From positions 459-64,458 of the forward strand of contig JBAQUS010000011.1 of NCBI GenBank assembly GCA_049297675.1: a DNA stretch of 64,000 bases, in the 5' to 3' direction. The stretch is from Minisyncoccia bacterium (GTDB lineage: Bacteria; Patescibacteriota; Minisyncoccia; Phycocordibacterales; DATDWN01). This document shows, one piece after another, positions 9,641 through 19,261 of this stretch (positions within the stretch are counted from its first letter, which is position 1; each line of letters begins with the position of its first letter). The position numbers and the translations under genes were made by a program. The notes beneath the pieces were generated by a model that was given only the letters and a program-made list of their open reading frames with translations, made no database searches and was not told the DNA's origin.

Positions 9641-9928
9641 GTCATGAAAAAAGTTTCCCCACAAACAAAACTAGACTTGAATTTGCAAATCCGTCAAAGG
9701 ATGTTTTTCTTTGGCGGATTTTTGCATTTTAATTTTTTGCTCTGTTATTTTTGTGGTTTTTTTGTGTTTACTGTTTGAGTTCGAATTCAAGCCGATATAA
9801 TTTTTTCTTATGTCATCTTGAACTCGGACTTGTTAAAACAGGTCCAAAAGGTCGATAGCGCTTTTTGTTCGATTATACCTTAAGGTATCGAGCAGTGGCG
9901 AAATTATTAAATTAAATAAATAAAAAAT

Positions 9929-10627
9929 ATGAAAAAAGCAATTGCTTTAGTTGGAATGGCCTCAATGGTGCTTTCAGCAGTACCAGCATTGGCAAGTGTT
10001 AACTCAAGCTTCATAAAGATTGAGACTAACAACACAGGTTCAATTGACAACTATACATCTGCAAAAGCAGAGACAGGTAGCAACTGGGCAGGTGGAAGTC
10101 TAGGAGGAAGAGGAGGAAAGGGTGGTGAAGTAGAAGTAGACGGAAGTGGCGATTACAACAACGGTGGCGCACTAGCAGGTTTTGGTGGTCACGGTGGAAT
10201 CGCTGACATCGGCGGAACAGTAAGAACTGGTAATGCAGATGCACAATCATCAACAGAGAATTTTCTTAACACAACTGATGTCGATGTTGATCTTTGGGGA
10301 GAGGATGTAAACAGCTCAAAGATAAAGATCGAAACTAACAACGATAGTTGTGGTTGTGAAAACGAGACTAACCACGTCCAAAACAGAACAAAATCTCGAG
10401 CTAGAACTGGCGACAATAGCGCCGATGGTAGCGAGGGAGGAGCTGGTGGAAAAGGCGGTGATGTCGAAGCTTCAAGCGGAGACAACAACAACGGTGGTGC
10501 CTTTGCAGGTGATGCTGGTCACGGAGGATCAAGTAATGATGGAGGATGGATAGAGACAGGTGATTCAACAGCAACTTCTGAAGTTGTAAATGTTGTCAAC
10601 GAATCTCTTGTTCGCGTCAGACTATAA
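9929..10627 (+). CDS. Secreted Gly-rich protein with two internal repeat units
   Basis: Signal peptide MKKAIALVGMASMVLSAVPALA. Duplicated blocks (SSFIKIETNN / SSKIKIETNN; GGKGGEVEVDGSGDYNNGGALAGFGGHGG / GGKGGDVEASSGDNNNGGAFAGDAGHGG). C-terminal motif TGDSTATSEVVNVVN is shared with the next gene. Confidence 0.6.
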   Translation: MKKAIALVGMASMVLSAVPALASVNSSFIKIETNNTGSIDNYTSAKAETGSNWAGGSLGGRGGKGGEVEVDGSGDYNNGGALAGFGGHGGIADIGGTVRTGNADAQSSTENFLNTTDVDVDLWGEDVNSSKIKIETNNDSCGCENETNHVQNRTKSRARTGDNSADGSEGGAGGKGGDVEASSGDNNNGGAFAGDAGHGGSSNDGGWIETGDSTATSEVVNVVNESLVRVRL

Positions 10628-10850
10628 ATTGTCTTGGTAATTTGGAAAACTTAGTTTTCAAAATCTACTAAACATCTGGTGGGTGGGAATTTCCTTGAAA
10701 TTCCTATCCTCCGGAGAGACTTCACCAAAAAGAAGGGGTCTCTCGGGAGGAGAATATAATTTTGTGTTGTTTCCTTCTTTACTTGACCTTTTTGTATTAC
10801 CGAGTAGTCTTTGAGAAAAATATTAAAAGCTTCTAATCCAAATACTCTAT

Positions 10851-13800
10851 ATGACATCATTATTTCGTCTTAAGTCACCCACTGTTTGGATAGCCATTTT
10901 TACAGTGTTAATACTATTGTCTGGGTTCACTACTACCATATTAAGTGCCCAAGAAGCTCCCCCACCAGTCGATCTGTGTTCAGAGGTCTCTGGTGAACAA
11001 ACAGAAGAACCCTGTGCCAATACAGTTTGCACTACTGATGGTGGTGTGTGGAACGGTCAATCTTGTGATTTACCAGAGTCTGAAGTACAAAACATAGCTA
11101 CATCAACAGAGAGCATTCTTCCTACAACACAAACTGACACGGGAACCACTACAATTGAAATAGCTACATCGACCGACGGTACGGGGGGACTTTTTGGTGG
11201 AACAATTAATACAGGGGACGCCATAGCCACTACCAGTGTTGAAAACGAAATCAATACCAATTTCACAAATCTAAATGGTCAAGGTGAGTCAAATTCTTCC
11301 GACATGACTAGCCAAAACACAAATGAAGCGGAGGTGTTAAGCGGAGCTGAGGCAAACTCTAAAACTGGAGAAAATGAAGCTACTGGAGGAGTAAGTCCGG
11401 CAACAGTTTCAACTGGCGATGCTCTTTCTGCAGCAAACGTTATAAACGTGGTTAATACAAATATTTTTAATTCCGAGGGATTGGTTTTGTTTATGAATAA
11501 ATTATTCGGCGGAGGACTGGACTTAAGTGGGTATGATTTATCCTATTTCTTTGACGCACCAGTTGACTGTGATACCAATCCGATGATCCTGTCTTGTCGT
11601 AACAGTAGCGATCTAAATGTTATTAATACCAACTTAGCCACTGTCACTAACAGTGTTATTGTCCGTTCTTCAACTGGAGAGAACTTAGCATCATCAACAG
11701 AGGGAGGTAGTGCAGAGATAGGAACTGGAGACGCATACGCTGCTGCAAATGTTCTAAACTTAGTTAACACCAATCTCATAAACTCTAACTATCTTTTGGT
11801 CTCATTCAATAACTTCGGTGATTTAATCGGAAACATCACTCTTCCAGATTCTAATTTCTTCAAAAAACTGCTCTCTTCTGGTGGAGTATTGCCAGAGATG
11901 AATTCGAGTTCAGCTACAGCAAACAACACCAACAATGCCAACTTTTACGGGACAACAACAGCCAGTGGTGAAACCGGAAGCAATATTGCATCTACTACTG
12001 GTCAAGGCGTAGGAGAAGTAGATACTGGGGTCGCTTATACTTCGGCAGATACATACAACCAACTAAACGACACTCAGATCGGAGGAACTTCTGTATTCAT
12101 GCTTTTCCGTGTTTGGGGCGACTGGACAGGAAGCGTAAAAGGACTCCCCCCAGGCATGTCCTGGATGGAAACTCCAACAGGTATTATCCTAACGAGCGAC
12201 GCACCAGAGTGTTCAAATAACGAGGATGATGACCTTGACGGATTTGTTGATTCCTCAGACTCAGCTTGTCACACAAACGGTAATCCTAACAGTGAATTTA
12301 CGTACGACTCATACGGCACTTCGGAAAGTTCTCCGCAATGTACAAACAATACAGATGATGATGGAGATGGTTTTACTGATGTGGACGATCCAAGTTGCTT
12401 CGAGGAAAGTCATGGAGAGATGGTTTACATGCCAAACAAAAGAGAGCAATCACCAAATGGCGAGTATAACTCATCAAACCTAGTTGCTTCTTCAACCAAT
12501 ACTGCCAATCTAGAAAATAATGTCGAGGTTTTTGCTCTCACCGGGGAAAATGAAGCTGTAACAGAAAACGGAACATCCACTATATCTACTGGAAATGCCT
12601 ACGCCGTTGCAAACGTGGTTAATTTCGTAAACACAAACATTATAGGACGCAATTGGATATTTGCTCTCTTTAATATTTTCGGAGATTGGAGTGGAGATAT
12701 TGAATTCGGTAAGCCCAACCTATGGATCGGTGCTGTTGCAGAAACCACTAATCCAACTTTACCAGGATCGGATGTTATATATAGATTTACAGTTTCAAAC
12801 CGTGGTGACTCTGACGCAGAGAATGTGGTGATTAATGCAGAATTCGATAAAAACATGCTTTCTTTTAACGTAGATAATAACTCTGCAACAACTTCGGATG
12901 GAATGCTCTGGAGAATTGGCAGAATCGCTCGTGGTGAAACAAAGGATTTCACATATACAGCAAAGGTAAGCAATATTCCTGACGGAACTTCAGCCACAGT
13001 TCCTCTTAAGGCAACTTTAAACAGTAATACGGAAGACAGCGACTCAGAGGATAACTCCGAAGCTGTGACTATTGTGGTAACTTCTCCTGTTGTACTACCA
13101 GTAAATTCTTCTTCGAGCTCTGGTGGTAGCGGTGGAGGAGGAGGTGGCGGTGGAGTTCCGAACGTATGGACACCAGACCCTAAAATATCCATGACAAAGA
13201 CTGCCAACTTATCTACAAGTACTGTGGCAACTACTACCAAAGTTAACTATGAAGTCGTTCTGTACAATGACAAAACTGCTGGACCAGTATACAAAGGAGT
13301 TCTAACAGATACTCTTTACGGACCAGATGGAGAGGTAATGTCAAAAAGATCATGGAATCTCGACACCATAGCGCCTGGCGACCTCATTACTCTGACCTAC
13401 ACTATGGAATTTGGATCGAGCACTGTAGCCGGACTTTACAAGAACGTAGCCAAAGTTACTGGAAAACAAAACTATTCAATCTCCAGTGCTTGGAAAGATA
13501 CACCATCAGTTGAAGTTTCAAGCACAGTAATGTTTGACGAGTTTGCCTTAAAAGGTACCGTTCTCGAAACCGCCACAACCACACTTTCAAACCAGATTGC
13601 CGCAAGCTCTTCATGTCTTCCCCTTCTTAACACCAACTTGAGACGTGGTTTCAAAAATGACACTTCCGAAGTTAGAAGGCTTCAAGAATTCCTAAACAAC
13701 GAAGTGCAATCTAATCTTCCTATCACTGGATTCTTCGGGTCATTAACCCAAAGAGCCGTGGAATCATTCCAAAACAAGTACAAGGAACAGGTTCTTATTC

Positions 13801-14102
13801 CACTTGGATTGAGTAAAGCAACAGGAGCAGTTTATACTATGACAAAACTTACAATCAACTCTCTGTCCTGCGGTGAAACACCTGTAGCACTCCAAGGTGC
13901 AGTAGAAACTGCCCAAATTGCAAACTCAGAAAGAGTGAGTCCGTCAAACGTTCCTAAAACAGAAAAGCCAAAAGTTACTGAAATAGTACCAAAAGCTAAA
14001 GAAATAAACCTTGCCAATGTTCTTAATGCTACAGAACCACAACCTGCAATAAAAACGAAGGGTGGACTAAAGAGTTGGCTGAAGGGCTTGTTCCAGAGAT
14101 AA
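10851..14102 (+). CDS. Large (1083 aa) secreted cell-surface protein with repeated TGDAxAxANVxNxVNTN motifs, a Gly-run linker and a C-terminal peptidoglycan-binding (PG_binding_1-like) domain
   Basis: N-terminal TM/signal. At least 5 copies of the TGDA(Y/L)A(A/V)ANV(V/L)N(V/L/F)VNTNI motif. Two Cys-flanked Asp-rich loops (CSNNEDDDLDGFVDSSDSAC, CTNNTDDDGDGFTDVDDPSC). SSSSSGGSGGGGGGGG linker. C-terminal segment LRRGFKNDTSEVRRLQEFLN..GFFGSLTQRAVESFQNKY matches the PG-binding repeat pattern. Confidence 0.65.
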   Translation: MTSLFRLKSPTVWIAIFTVLILLSGFTTTILSAQEAPPPVDLCSEVSGEQTEEPCANTVCTTDGGVWNGQSCDLPESEVQNIATSTESILPTTQTDTGTTTIEIATSTDGTGGLFGGTINTGDAIATTSVENEINTNFTNLNGQGESNSSDMTSQNTNEAEVLSGAEANSKTGENEATGGVSPATVSTGDALSAANVINVVNTNIFNSEGLVLFMNKLFGGGLDLSGYDLSYFFDAPVDCDTNPMILSCRNSSDLNVINTNLATVTNSVIVRSSTGENLASSTEGGSAEIGTGDAYAAANVLNLVNTNLINSNYLLVSFNNFGDLIGNITLPDSNFFKKLLSSGGVLPEMNSSSATANNTNNANFYGTTTASGETGSNIASTTGQGVGEVDTGVAYTSADTYNQLNDTQIGGTSVFMLFRVWGDWTGSVKGLPPGMSWMETPTGIILTSDAPECSNNEDDDLDGFVDSSDSACHTNGNPNSEFTYDSYGTSESSPQCTNNTDDDGDGFTDVDDPSCFEESHGEMVYMPNKREQSPNGEYNSSNLVASSTNTANLENNVEVFALTGENEAVTENGTSTISTGNAYAVANVVNFVNTNIIGRNWIFALFNIFGDWSGDIEFGKPNLWIGAVAETTNPTLPGSDVIYRFTVSNRGDSDAENVVINAEFDKNMLSFNVDNNSATTSDGMLWRIGRIARGETKDFTYTAKVSNIPDGTSATVPLKATLNSNTEDSDSEDNSEAVTIVVTSPVVLPVNSSSSSGGSGGGGGGGGVPNVWTPDPKISMTKTANLSTSTVATTTKVNYEVVLYNDKTAGPVYKGVLTDTLYGPDGEVMSKRSWNLDTIAPGDLITLTYTMEFGSSTVAGLYKNVAKVTGKQNYSISSAWKDTPSVEVSSTVMFDEFALKGTVLETATTTLSNQIAASSSCLPLLNTNLRRGFKNDTSEVRRLQEFLNNEVQSNLPITGFFGSLTQRAVESFQNKYKEQVLIPLGLSKATGAVYTMTKLTINSLSCGETPVALQGAVETAQIANSERVSPSNVPKTEKPKVTEIVPKAKEINLANVLNATEPQPAIKTKGGLKSWLKGLFQR

Positions 14103-14111
14103 TTTAATAAT

Positions 14112-14247
14112 GAATCACAAAACTCTTACTCAACACATATTCTCTGGCGCCGGAATAATTTTCTGCTGAAAATTTTCCTTAACTCTCGAGCTTCACGCTC
14201 TCCGAGATACGCCAGAAAATATGTGTCTTCGCAGAGTTTCGTGATTC
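14112..14247. repeat. MITE-like palindromic repeat, copy A (about 136 bp)
   Basis: Imperfect terminal inverted repeats of about 38 bp (gaatcacaaaactcttactcaacacatattctctggcg .. cgccagaaaatatgtgtcttcgcagagtttcgtgattc). rc is about 85% identical to copy B at 42694..42829. Confidence 0.6.
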
Positions 14248-14274
14248 ACATCAATTTTGATTATAGTTATTCTA

Positions 14275-15119
14275 TGAAAAGAAAACTTCCAAACACAACA
14301 AATTGGCTTTTTGCTTTGCTTATAATCCTCTCTGTACTCTTCTCTAGCAAGGCTTATTCATCAAGTATTAATAACAGCGTCGAAAGCACATCATCAACAG
14401 GTGGAAATAAGGTTTCTTCAAGCACATCCGTAATTATTGGAGAATCAAAAAGTTCCGCAAGCATAAAGACAGTAAACGGCGAGGGTGAGGCAAAAGTCAT
14501 TATAGATACAGATGATGGTTACTCAAGCGTAAAAATTAATAGCTATGCTAGTAGTTCAAGGTCGGGAGAAAAAAGTACAGATACAGGAGCCTCTAGCATA
14601 AAGATCTCTGCCACAGCTTCTTCATCTAAAAAAGAATCATATGTTGAAATAGACAACAGTAATAGTAAAGTAGAAATAGTAATAAACGGTCAGAAAATTG
14701 ATTTTCCTAAAGAGGGCAAAATAAAACTTCTTATTGCTAGCCCTTCTGAAGTTAATGAGGAAAATGAACTTAGGGAATATGCCAAAACAGTGGCACTAAA
14801 TAATAGCCAGATTAGAAAAATGAGAATAGCAAGTAGTACAGTTTCTATTGATTTTTATTCTAAAGCAAAGTTATTTGGATTTATCCCAACACAACTGACA
14901 TCAAATATTGAAACAAGTATTATCCGAGAATCAAATAGTGCTGTCGTAATGAAACTTCCTTGGTACCACATCTTTTACAAAAAAGAAACAAACTTCTCTG
15001 ATCTAGAGGAAAAAATTAAACTAGAATTTGGAAAAGTGAGTTCGGATCAAGGAAGTGAGGACTACACAAAATTAGCTAAAGTTTTGGAAACAGTATCAAA
15101 CGCTATATTGTCGAAATAA
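14275..15119 (+). CDS. Ser-rich secreted hypothetical protein
   Basis: Signal peptide MKRKLPNTTNWLFALLIILSVLFSSKAYS. The track start at 14223 lies inside the MITE copy, so the start was moved to the Met preceding the signal peptide. Confidence 0.5.
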
Positions 15120-15135
15120 TTTTTGTAATTTACTA

Positions 15136-15849
15136 TTATATTCCCAAGACCCAACTTTCAAGCATAACTTCCATTTCCCCTTTTCCTGTCCTCACTCTGT
15201 GAGTCATATCTACTAAATCACCTGACATTTTAACAAGCTCTTCTGTTTTGTACTTTCTTGTGCCTGAGAGAGCATTTTTATAAACAAAAGGAGAAAGTCC
15301 ACTTTCTGTCTGGCTTTGACTTCGGCTGGCTAAAATCATATTTTTTATTTGCCAGAAAAATATTCCATGAATTTCCTCTGGAGCTGAGCCTTTTTCTATA
15401 GAATCCAGGTATGAGATCCAAAGTTTTTTCCTGTCTCTTTCCAAAAGTCCTGAGGTTATTGAAAAAATATTGTACTCTCCTCTTTCATCCTCCCTTAAAT
15501 CAAACTTTTGAACTTGTTTGGCATGTTTTTCTATTTTTTTAAGGCTAGTTGCATCAACTACACCCTCTAGCATAAAAAACAACTGTTCAGACTCTGACAT
15601 CTCAAGGAATTTTCCAAGTACAAATTCTTTTATCTCTTTTTTCTCAAATAGATTATCTAGAACAACAGTATATTTTGGGTCAAAAAGACCTTGAGAGACT
15701 AACAACTCCTCTAGCTGTACGTCAGACCAATTCTCTGTAGTAATTTTAAAAAGTTCAGCCTCTGGTCTCTTTTTTTTGGCAAAGTCCAAAAGCTCATGGA
15801 GTTTTTTCCTCGCCCTTATTGTATCCTTTCCGTGAATTAAGTAGAGCAT
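15136..15849 (-). CDS. holA: DNA polymerase III delta subunit-like (HolA)
   Basis: N-terminus MLYLIHGKDTIRARKKLHEL resembles the HolA N-terminal pattern (MIYLxxGED). 237 aa, short. Confidence 0.5.
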   Translation of the reverse strand: MLYLIHGKDTIRARKKLHELLDFAKKKRPEAELFKITTENWSDVQLEELLVSQGLFDPKYTVVLDNLFEKKEIKEFVLGKFLEMSESEQLFFMLEGVVDATSLKKIEKHAKQVQKFDLREDERGEYNIFSITSGLLERDRKKLWISYLDSIEKGSAPEEIHGIFFWQIKNMILASRSQSQTESGLSPFVYKNALSGTRKYKTEELVKMSGDLVDMTHRVRTGKGEMEVMLESWVLGI

Positions 15850-15927
15850 GAGAGTAGTATATAGTAGCTAGGTTATATCATCTAGTAACTATATTTATCC
15901 AAATTCATCCTATAAGCTAGATGCTAG

Positions 15928-18327
15928 CTACTGACTACTAATCAGTTTCAGCTCTCCCCAATTATCCCCCTCGTAAGCATTTGTTTTACAAACTATACCA
16001 CTGACTTTTTTGGGATCAATTATGTTTTCCATGATTTTCTGTATCTCGGTAGAAATAGATTTGATTAAATTCTCCTTTATCTCATAGACAAGCTCGTCAT
16101 GAACCTGAAGCAAAAGTCTAACATCCTGCTTTAAGTTTTTTCTTATCAAAAACTTGTCTATTTCAATCATAGCAAGCTTAACTATATCGGCTTCCGTTCC
16201 TTGTATAGGCGCATTTATTGCCATCCTTTCTGCTTGAGCCTTCATGAAAGGTAAACGAGAATGTATATCTGGAAAATACCTTTTTCTACCAAAGAAAGTC
16301 TCTGTGTAACCTTTTTGAGCTGTCTCTCTTTTGACATTTTCTAAATACTCGGCTAAACCAGAAAAATTGTTGAAATACCCGTCTAAAAATTGTTGGGCTT
16401 CTTTCCTATCAGTACCAATATTTTTCTGTAGAGCTGTCACCCCCATACCATACATAACCCCAAAGTTTATTATTTTAGCCTTTCTTCTCATCTCCTTAGT
16501 CACTTCTGTCTGCGGTACTCCAAATACTTCACTGGCAACTGCGTTGTGAACATCTAATCCTTTTTTGAAAATATCAATTAATTTTTTGTCTCCTGAAAGA
16601 AAAGCGGCTATGCGAAGCTCAATCTGTGAATAATCGAAGGTTACGACTTTGTAGTCTTTTTCCGATATAAAGGCTTTTCTGATTTCCCTACCCAAATCCG
16701 TTCTATTTGGAATATTTTGAACCCCGGGATTTTGACTGGCCATCCTGCCTGTTGCCGAGCCTGCCTGAAGAAACTCAGGGTGAAGCCTCCTATTTTCATC
16801 AACCAGTTTGGGAATCGTATCTATATATGTGCCGAGAAGTTTCGCTAACTCTCTATACTCCAAAACAAGCCCGGCTATAGGATGTTCATCTTTTAGTTTT
16901 TCAAGTTCCGATTCTTTGGTTGAGAGTGCCCCACCACCTGTCTTCTTTTGATTTTTGGGTTTCAGTCCCATTTTTACGAAAAGAATTTGCCCAAGTTGCT
17001 TTGGCGAGCTTATATTGAATTCTTCGCCAGCGAGTTTCCAAATCTTTTTCTGTATTATCTCAAGCTCCTTGTGATATTTTTCGGATAAAGAGAAGAGAAA
17101 ATTTACATTTATTTTCACTCCCACTTCGTGCATTTCTTTAACTATTGGTATGAGTGGTTTCTCTATTTTTTCTAGTACAAAATCCAGTCCTTCCTGTTTT
17201 ATAGTTTTCTCCAAAACAATAACTGCTTCACTGAGCTTGTCTTTATGTGTGTAGGAGAGAACATCCTCCAAACTAGCTCCGGCTTTGTTTGAATCAACAA
17301 TCCAGAGAAGAAGAGTGGCATAGTATATATCATCTGAGTCCAAATTTTTCTCGTTGTCTTTGGTTTCAGGCATCTCCAGAGAAAGTACCTCAGCAATTTT
17401 CGATCCAAGTGTTCGAAATTCATATTTATTAAAAAGCTCAACGACTTTTTTCATCTCAACATTACCACTCAAAACTTTCTCTGGAAGTGAGAAGTTAATC
17501 GGTGCATCTCGTCTGATCGTTGCCAGCATTTTGGAAAACAAAGCTTCTTCCTCACCTTCTTTAAGAAGTTCGATTATTCTTGCCTTTATTCCTGCTTTTA
17601 GTAAAGTTTTTTCACTGGTTCTAATTTTTTTATATATATCTTCAATTGAGCCGAAGTTTTGGATAAGATCCATGGCCGTTTTTTCGCCTATACCTGAGAT
17701 TCCAATAATATTGTCCGACGGATCACCGCGTAAACCCTTGAAATCTGGCAAAAGCTTCGGTGAAAATCCAAATCTCTCCACAACGGCTTTTTGATTATAT
17801 ATAATAGTGTCCTTTATTCCTTTTTTTAAGGTATAAACGGTCACTTTGTCTCCATCAATAAGTTGCATGGTGTCCATATCTCCCGAGGCAATAATTACAT
17901 CTGTGCCCTTATCTTTTTTTAGATTTTCAACAATCGTTCCCAGCATGTCATCCGCCTCAAAACCAGGAGAGGAATACATAGGAATATTTAGTGCAGTGAA
18001 AATCTCTTTTGAGCTTTCCAGTTGTGCAATGAGATCCTCATCAATCTTTTTTCTATGAGCCTTGTAGCCATCGTAAACATCATGACGCATGGTTGGTCCG
18101 GGAAGATCGTAACAAGCCACAATGTATTCCGGTTTTATATCCTTTATGAGTTTAATTAAAAATGTACAGAGTCCATACAAGGCTCCTGTCGGTTCGCCTT
18201 TGGACGACTTGAATTCAGGTAGTGCATGATAGGCACGATGAAGAATTGCATGAGTGTCAAGAAGAACTAGAGTTTTTTGTTTTTTTTGTTTTGACATTGT
18301 TTGAAAGTCAAATCTTTTTCTCCTCAT
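15928..18327 (-). CDS. polA: DNA polymerase I (5'-3' exonuclease + polymerase domains)
   Basis: 5' nuclease N-domain (LVLLDTHAILHRAYHAL). Polymerase motifs QIELRIAAFLSGD and VHDELVYE. The true start may be the internal Met (MSKQKKQK) preceded by GAGGAG. Confidence 0.85.
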   Translation of the reverse strand: MRRKRFDFQTMSKQKKQKTLVLLDTHAILHRAYHALPEFKSSKGEPTGALYGLCTFLIKLIKDIKPEYIVACYDLPGPTMRHDVYDGYKAHRKKIDEDLIAQLESSKEIFTALNIPMYSSPGFEADDMLGTIVENLKKDKGTDVIIASGDMDTMQLIDGDKVTVYTLKKGIKDTIIYNQKAVVERFGFSPKLLPDFKGLRGDPSDNIIGISGIGEKTAMDLIQNFGSIEDIYKKIRTSEKTLLKAGIKARIIELLKEGEEEALFSKMLATIRRDAPINFSLPEKVLSGNVEMKKVVELFNKYEFRTLGSKIAEVLSLEMPETKDNEKNLDSDDIYYATLLLWIVDSNKAGASLEDVLSYTHKDKLSEAVIVLEKTIKQEGLDFVLEKIEKPLIPIVKEMHEVGVKINVNFLFSLSEKYHKELEIIQKKIWKLAGEEFNISSPKQLGQILFVKMGLKPKNQKKTGGGALSTKESELEKLKDEHPIAGLVLEYRELAKLLGTYIDTIPKLVDENRRLHPEFLQAGSATGRMASQNPGVQNIPNRTDLGREIRKAFISEKDYKVVTFDYSQIELRIAAFLSGDKKLIDIFKKGLDVHNAVASEVFGVPQTEVTKEMRRKAKIINFGVMYGMGVTALQKNIGTDRKEAQQFLDGYFNNFSGLAEYLENVKRETAQKGYTETFFGRKRYFPDIHSRLPFMKAQAERMAINAPIQGTEADIVKLAMIEIDKFLIRKNLKQDVRLLLQVHDELVYEIKENLIKSISTEIQKIMENIIDPKKVSGIVCKTNAYEGDNWGELKLISSQ

Positions 18328-18449
18328 TACTTTTTTAGAACCAGGATAAATTCTTGCTAGAATTTTCCCTTAAGTCTCGGCCTCTTCGGCCTCCGACATA
18401 TTCTAAAAAAATAATGAGTCAACAAGATTTGACTTTTCATATTATAACA

Positions 18450-18911
18450 CTAAACAATTATCTCGATTTCTCTAGAATTTTCATTTGGAAGTGTGTCAAA
18501 TTTGATTTTTATATGATCTGGTATTATGCCAGAAACTCTTTCCGGCCATTCTATAAAAATTAGATTACTAGGGTCAGATATAATTTCTTTCCAGCCCAAA
18601 TGGAGTAATTCTTCTTCTTTCTCTAATCTATACGCATCGATATGAACGAGAAAATCAAATGTTAAAGTGGAAGGTGTGAAAGTGTCAAAGTGTGAAAGTT
18701 CGTAAGCTTTCATTATGACAAAAGTGGGGCTTGTGACTGTATCGGGGACACCTAAAACTTTTGCCACTGCTTTTGTAAAAGCAGTTTTGCCTGCTCCTAG
18801 ATTGCCATAAAGACCAACGACTGTTGCATATGTGGTTTTAGGAGAAATTCCTTTCAAAAATTCCATAGCAATTTCTTCTGTTTCTTCCAAACTTTTCGAT
18901 GTATAAATCAC
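18450..18911 (-). CDS. tsaE: tRNA threonylcarbamoyladenosine biosynthesis ATPase TsaE
   Basis: P-loop LYGNLGAGKTAFTKAV typical of TsaE/YjeE. Confidence 0.8.
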   Translation of the reverse strand: MIYTSKSLEETEEIAMEFLKGISPKTTYATVVGLYGNLGAGKTAFTKAVAKVLGVPDTVTSPTFVIMKAYELSHFDTFTPSTLTFDFLVHIDAYRLEKEEELLHLGWKEIISDPSNLIFIEWPERVSGIIPDHIKIKFDTLPNENSREIEIIV

Positions 18912-18967
18912 GATAAATATAGTACCACGATATTAGTTATTTTTTGTTCAAATTTATTTATCTCCCT

Positions 18968-19011
18968 CAACACATACACATATTCTTTGCTATAGCAAAG
19001 AATATGTGTAT
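18968..19011. repeat. Perfect 20-bp inverted repeat with 4-nt loop (cacatacacatattctttgc-tata-gcaaagaatatgtgtatgtg)
   Basis: Read directly. Lies between the GC-rich gene 19262..20261 and tsaE. Confidence 0.55.
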
Positions 19012-19093
19012 GTGAGTTATAGTTATTTATATTCCTTACTTAACTTAGAAAAAAGGTGTGTATTTATGACAGGTTACCTTTGTAGACTACCGT

Positions 19094-19143
19094 GAATTAC
19101 AAAACTCTCACTCAACACATGTTTTCGACGAGTTTCGTAATTC
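19094..19143. repeat. Miniature (50 bp) internally deleted copy C of the MITE-like repeat family
   Basis: gaattacaaaactctcactcaacacatgttttc + gacgagtttcgtaattc match the two ends of copies A and B. Confidence 0.5.
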
Positions 19144-19261
19144 CCAATTCGTAAATTTGATTACATTCGTATAATTCGTTCATCAAAAAAGTCGCCCACA
19201 TTGGACGACTTACCTCCTCTCTAGCAGGGCGACACAATTGTCGCCCTGCGAACAAAGAACA

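Noticed and set aside
10026-10553. Repetitive Gly-codon-rich DNA that could be mistaken for a CRISPR-like or tandem repeat array
   Set aside because: Repeats are irregular in length and spacing, and lie in-frame within the secreted Gly-rich protein gene. They are coding repeats, not repeat-spacer architecture.
12599-13240. 213-aa minus-strand ORF with a poly-Pro stretch
   Set aside because: Antisense to the large surface-protein gene. The poly-Pro is the complement of its Gly-run linker.
14223-14274. Track start codon for the Ser-rich secreted protein
   Set aside because: Lies inside MITE copy A. The signal peptide begins at the downstream Met (14275).
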